In this document: in pieces, positions 48,756 to 50,224 of the stretch
Layout of the letters: every line of letters begins with the position of its first letter
Position numbering within the stretch: the stretch's first letter is position 1
From: Bdellovibrionota bacterium
GTDB taxonomy: Bacteria > Bdellovibrionota_C > UBA2361 > JBIKUX01
Assembly: GCA_044347345.1 (NCBI GenBank)
Contig: JBIKUX010000020.1
Span: 1-50,224, forward strand
DNA: 50,224 nucleotides
Direction: 5' to 3'
Notes under the pieces: model-generated
What the model was told of the DNA's origin: nothing
The model's input: only the letters and a program-made list of their open reading frames with translations
Database searches by the model: none
Position numbers and translations under genes: made by a program

Positions 48756-48815
48756 TATTTTAACACTGTAATATTAAACACTGCGATATTAAAGACTGTG
48801 ATATTAAAGACTGCG
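48756..48815. repeat. 15-bp tandem repeat (3 near-identical + 1 degenerate copies) overlapping the tRNA 3' end
   Basis: ATATTAAACACTGCG (48771), ATATTAAAGACTGTG (48786), ATATTAAAGACTGCG (48801), degenerate TATTTTAACACTGTA (48756). Confidence 0.85.
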
Positions 48816-48892
48816 GGAGGGGGGACTTGAACCCCCAAGCCTTTCGGCACCAGATCCTAAGTCTGGCGTGTCTGCCATTTCACCACCCCCGC
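48812..48892 (-). tRNA. tRNA-Leu (anticodon TAG), CCA not encoded
   Basis: Reverse complement folds as GCGGGGG/CTCCCGC acceptor stem, D arm GTG-AAATGGCAGA-CAC, anticodon arm CCAGA-CTTAGGA-TCTGG, variable arm GCC-GAAA-GGC, T arm GGGGG-TTCAAGT-CCCCC, discriminator A. Confidence 0.96.
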
Positions 48893-48948
48893 ATAAATAA
48901 AGGCAACGTTGGCTCTTAACTATATTTTAAGACTATACACCAGAGCTT

Positions 48949-49794
48949 ATGCAAGAATCTACTATTGGCATCATCGGTGCGGCTGGAAAAATGGGATTTT
49001 GGTTAAGCGAGGCTCTTCAAAAGGCTGGTACAAAATTATTTTGTTACGACCCTGTCCTGAATAACGGAGTAACACTCCCGGGCTTAGTTCAAAATTCAGA
49101 TATTATCCTTGTAACGACTCCACTGAGTGTTACTCCCTCTGTGCTGGAAGAAGTAAGCAAGTATGTCAGCCCTGATCAATTAGTTGGAGATATCTCATCG
49201 GTAAAAGCTCCCGTAGCTTCAGCATTACAGGGTCTACCTTGTGAAAAAGTTTCTCTTCATCCTTTATTTGGGCCAAGAGCTTTGACCTTAAGTGGAAGAA
49301 GTATAGTTTGGAGTCAAGTCTCTCTAACTGGACAGCGTTCATCATATCTACGAAGTTTACTAACCTCTCAAGGTGCATTACTGATTGATCTTAATCTTGA
49401 TGAACACGATCAAATGATGAGCGTAGTACAAGTTACAACTCACCTTCATCTACTTTTATTTGGGCGGATTACCGCTGATTTTTCTCCTAGCTCAATAGAA
49501 AATACTCTTTTATGCGCTACCCCTCCTTTTACTGCTCTTGCCGCATTTACCTCTAGGATGCTGTCACAAGATGCGGAACTATATGCCGACATCGCAGGAA
49601 CTAATCCGCATACCAGAGATATTCTGGTAAAATTAAAAGACTTCATCAATTTACTTATTGAAAATGATACTCCTGCCAACATAAAACAAGCTTTTCTAGA
49701 ATTGTATCAACCTCTCAAACCGTTTTGGAGTGACTCAGTAATAAAAGCTGGTACCAATAAAAGTGATCAAATAGATGAACTTCTAAGAGATTAA
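48949..49794 (+). CDS. tyrA: Prephenate/arogenate dehydrogenase
   Basis: IGIIGAAGKMG, DISSVK, HPLFGP, EHDQMMSVVQVTTH, LYADI. Confidence 0.88.
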   Translation: MQESTIGIIGAAGKMGFWLSEALQKAGTKLFCYDPVLNNGVTLPGLVQNSDIILVTTPLSVTPSVLEEVSKYVSPDQLVGDISSVKAPVASALQGLPCEKVSLHPLFGPRALTLSGRSIVWSQVSLTGQRSSYLRSLLTSQGALLIDLNLDEHDQMMSVVQVTTHLHLLLFGRITADFSPSSIENTLLCATPPFTALAAFTSRMLSQDAELYADIAGTNPHTRDILVKLKDFINLLIENDTPANIKQAFLELYQPLKPFWSDSVIKAGTNKSDQIDELLRD

Positions 49795-50097
49795 TTTTTT
49801 ACGAAATTAGCTATATAGCGGTTTAGTATATGATGCGTAACATTCAAAACGCTCGGTAAATGTGTCGATTGACTCACTAATAATATCTTTGCTGTCCGAG
49901 CCATGTCTCTTTGATATTTTTCAAGTTTTAACGCTAATATTTTATCCTTACCTTTTTCAAACCTTATCCCAAAACAGCATAATTAAATTGCTATTATAAA
50001 AATCACAAAAAACCCCGTAGTAGCTACTGCTTTTTTTAACTTATTATAGCTATCTTGGAGCACATTTGACTCACTACATATCAGATTAAGGTTTACA

Positions 50098-50224
50098 CTA
50101 TTCTTCCTTGGTCATAAGGCTTTCAATCTCTTTAATACTAAGGTTCATGATATCGGCTACACTACTGATATTCATCCCTGTCGCTAATAACTTCTGCGCT
50201 ACCTGTTTAGCCATCTTCATCTGC
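50098..50224 (-). CDS. C-terminus of Rpn-family (PD-(D/E)XK recombination-promoting nuclease/putative transposase) protein, 5'-truncated (not in ORF track)
   Basis: Reads QMKMAKQVAQKLLATGMNISSVADIMNLSIKEIESLMTKEE*, matching the Rpn tail pattern IAxxLLxxGxxxxxIAxxxxLSxxEIExL. Confidence 0.7.
   Translation of the reverse strand, partial: QMKMAKQVAQKLLATGMNISSVADIMNLSIKEIESLMTKEE

Noticed and set aside
48736..48900. tRNA-anchored genomic island or prophage
   Set aside because: No integrase or phage genes adjacent, and no long direct repeat of the tRNA 3' end found elsewhere in the window.
49795..50097. Possible small genes between tyrA and the Rpn-like tail
   Set aside because: Only frames of about 33 codons or fewer were found on the minus strand, without recognisable motif.

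Overview
Bacterial chromosomal segment, roughly 40% GC by eye, from a Gram-negative organism (Pal, DUF374 acyltransferase, RfaE-like kinase); the gene style suggests a delta-proteobacterial/Bdellovibrionota-like lineage, but this is unverified. Most genes are housekeeping (dxs, uppP, malic enzyme, hppA, typA, DEAD-box helicase, acnA, dapB, rsmA, tsaD, tyrA, tRNA-Leu(TAG)). Accessory modules: (1) a TlpA-DUF4266-DUF3570-ApbE flavinylation/redox operon, with two SGAS flavinylation motifs in the predicted outer-membrane protein and an ApbE that has no visible export signal; (2) a carotenoid glycosyl-ester cluster (CrtB, CrtD-like desaturase, acyltransferase, GT2, CruF) converging on an Fe-S-free (6-4) photolyase that lies 8 nt downstream of a K+-dependent membrane pyrophosphatase; (3) a four-gene type IV minor-pilin operon with a 623-aa PilX-like protein; (4) a GT4-GT2 fusion followed by a decayed IS1380 transposase and a probable pseudogene; (5) a diheme cytochrome c lipoprotein whose second heme may be His/Cys ligated; (6) the C-terminus of an Rpn-family nuclease at the right edge, absent from the ORF track. 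Short (6-18 bp) tandem duplications and triplications recur, including one overlapping the tRNA 3' end. No CRISPR array, rRNA or prophage was seen. All family assignments are from motif recognition, not database searches.
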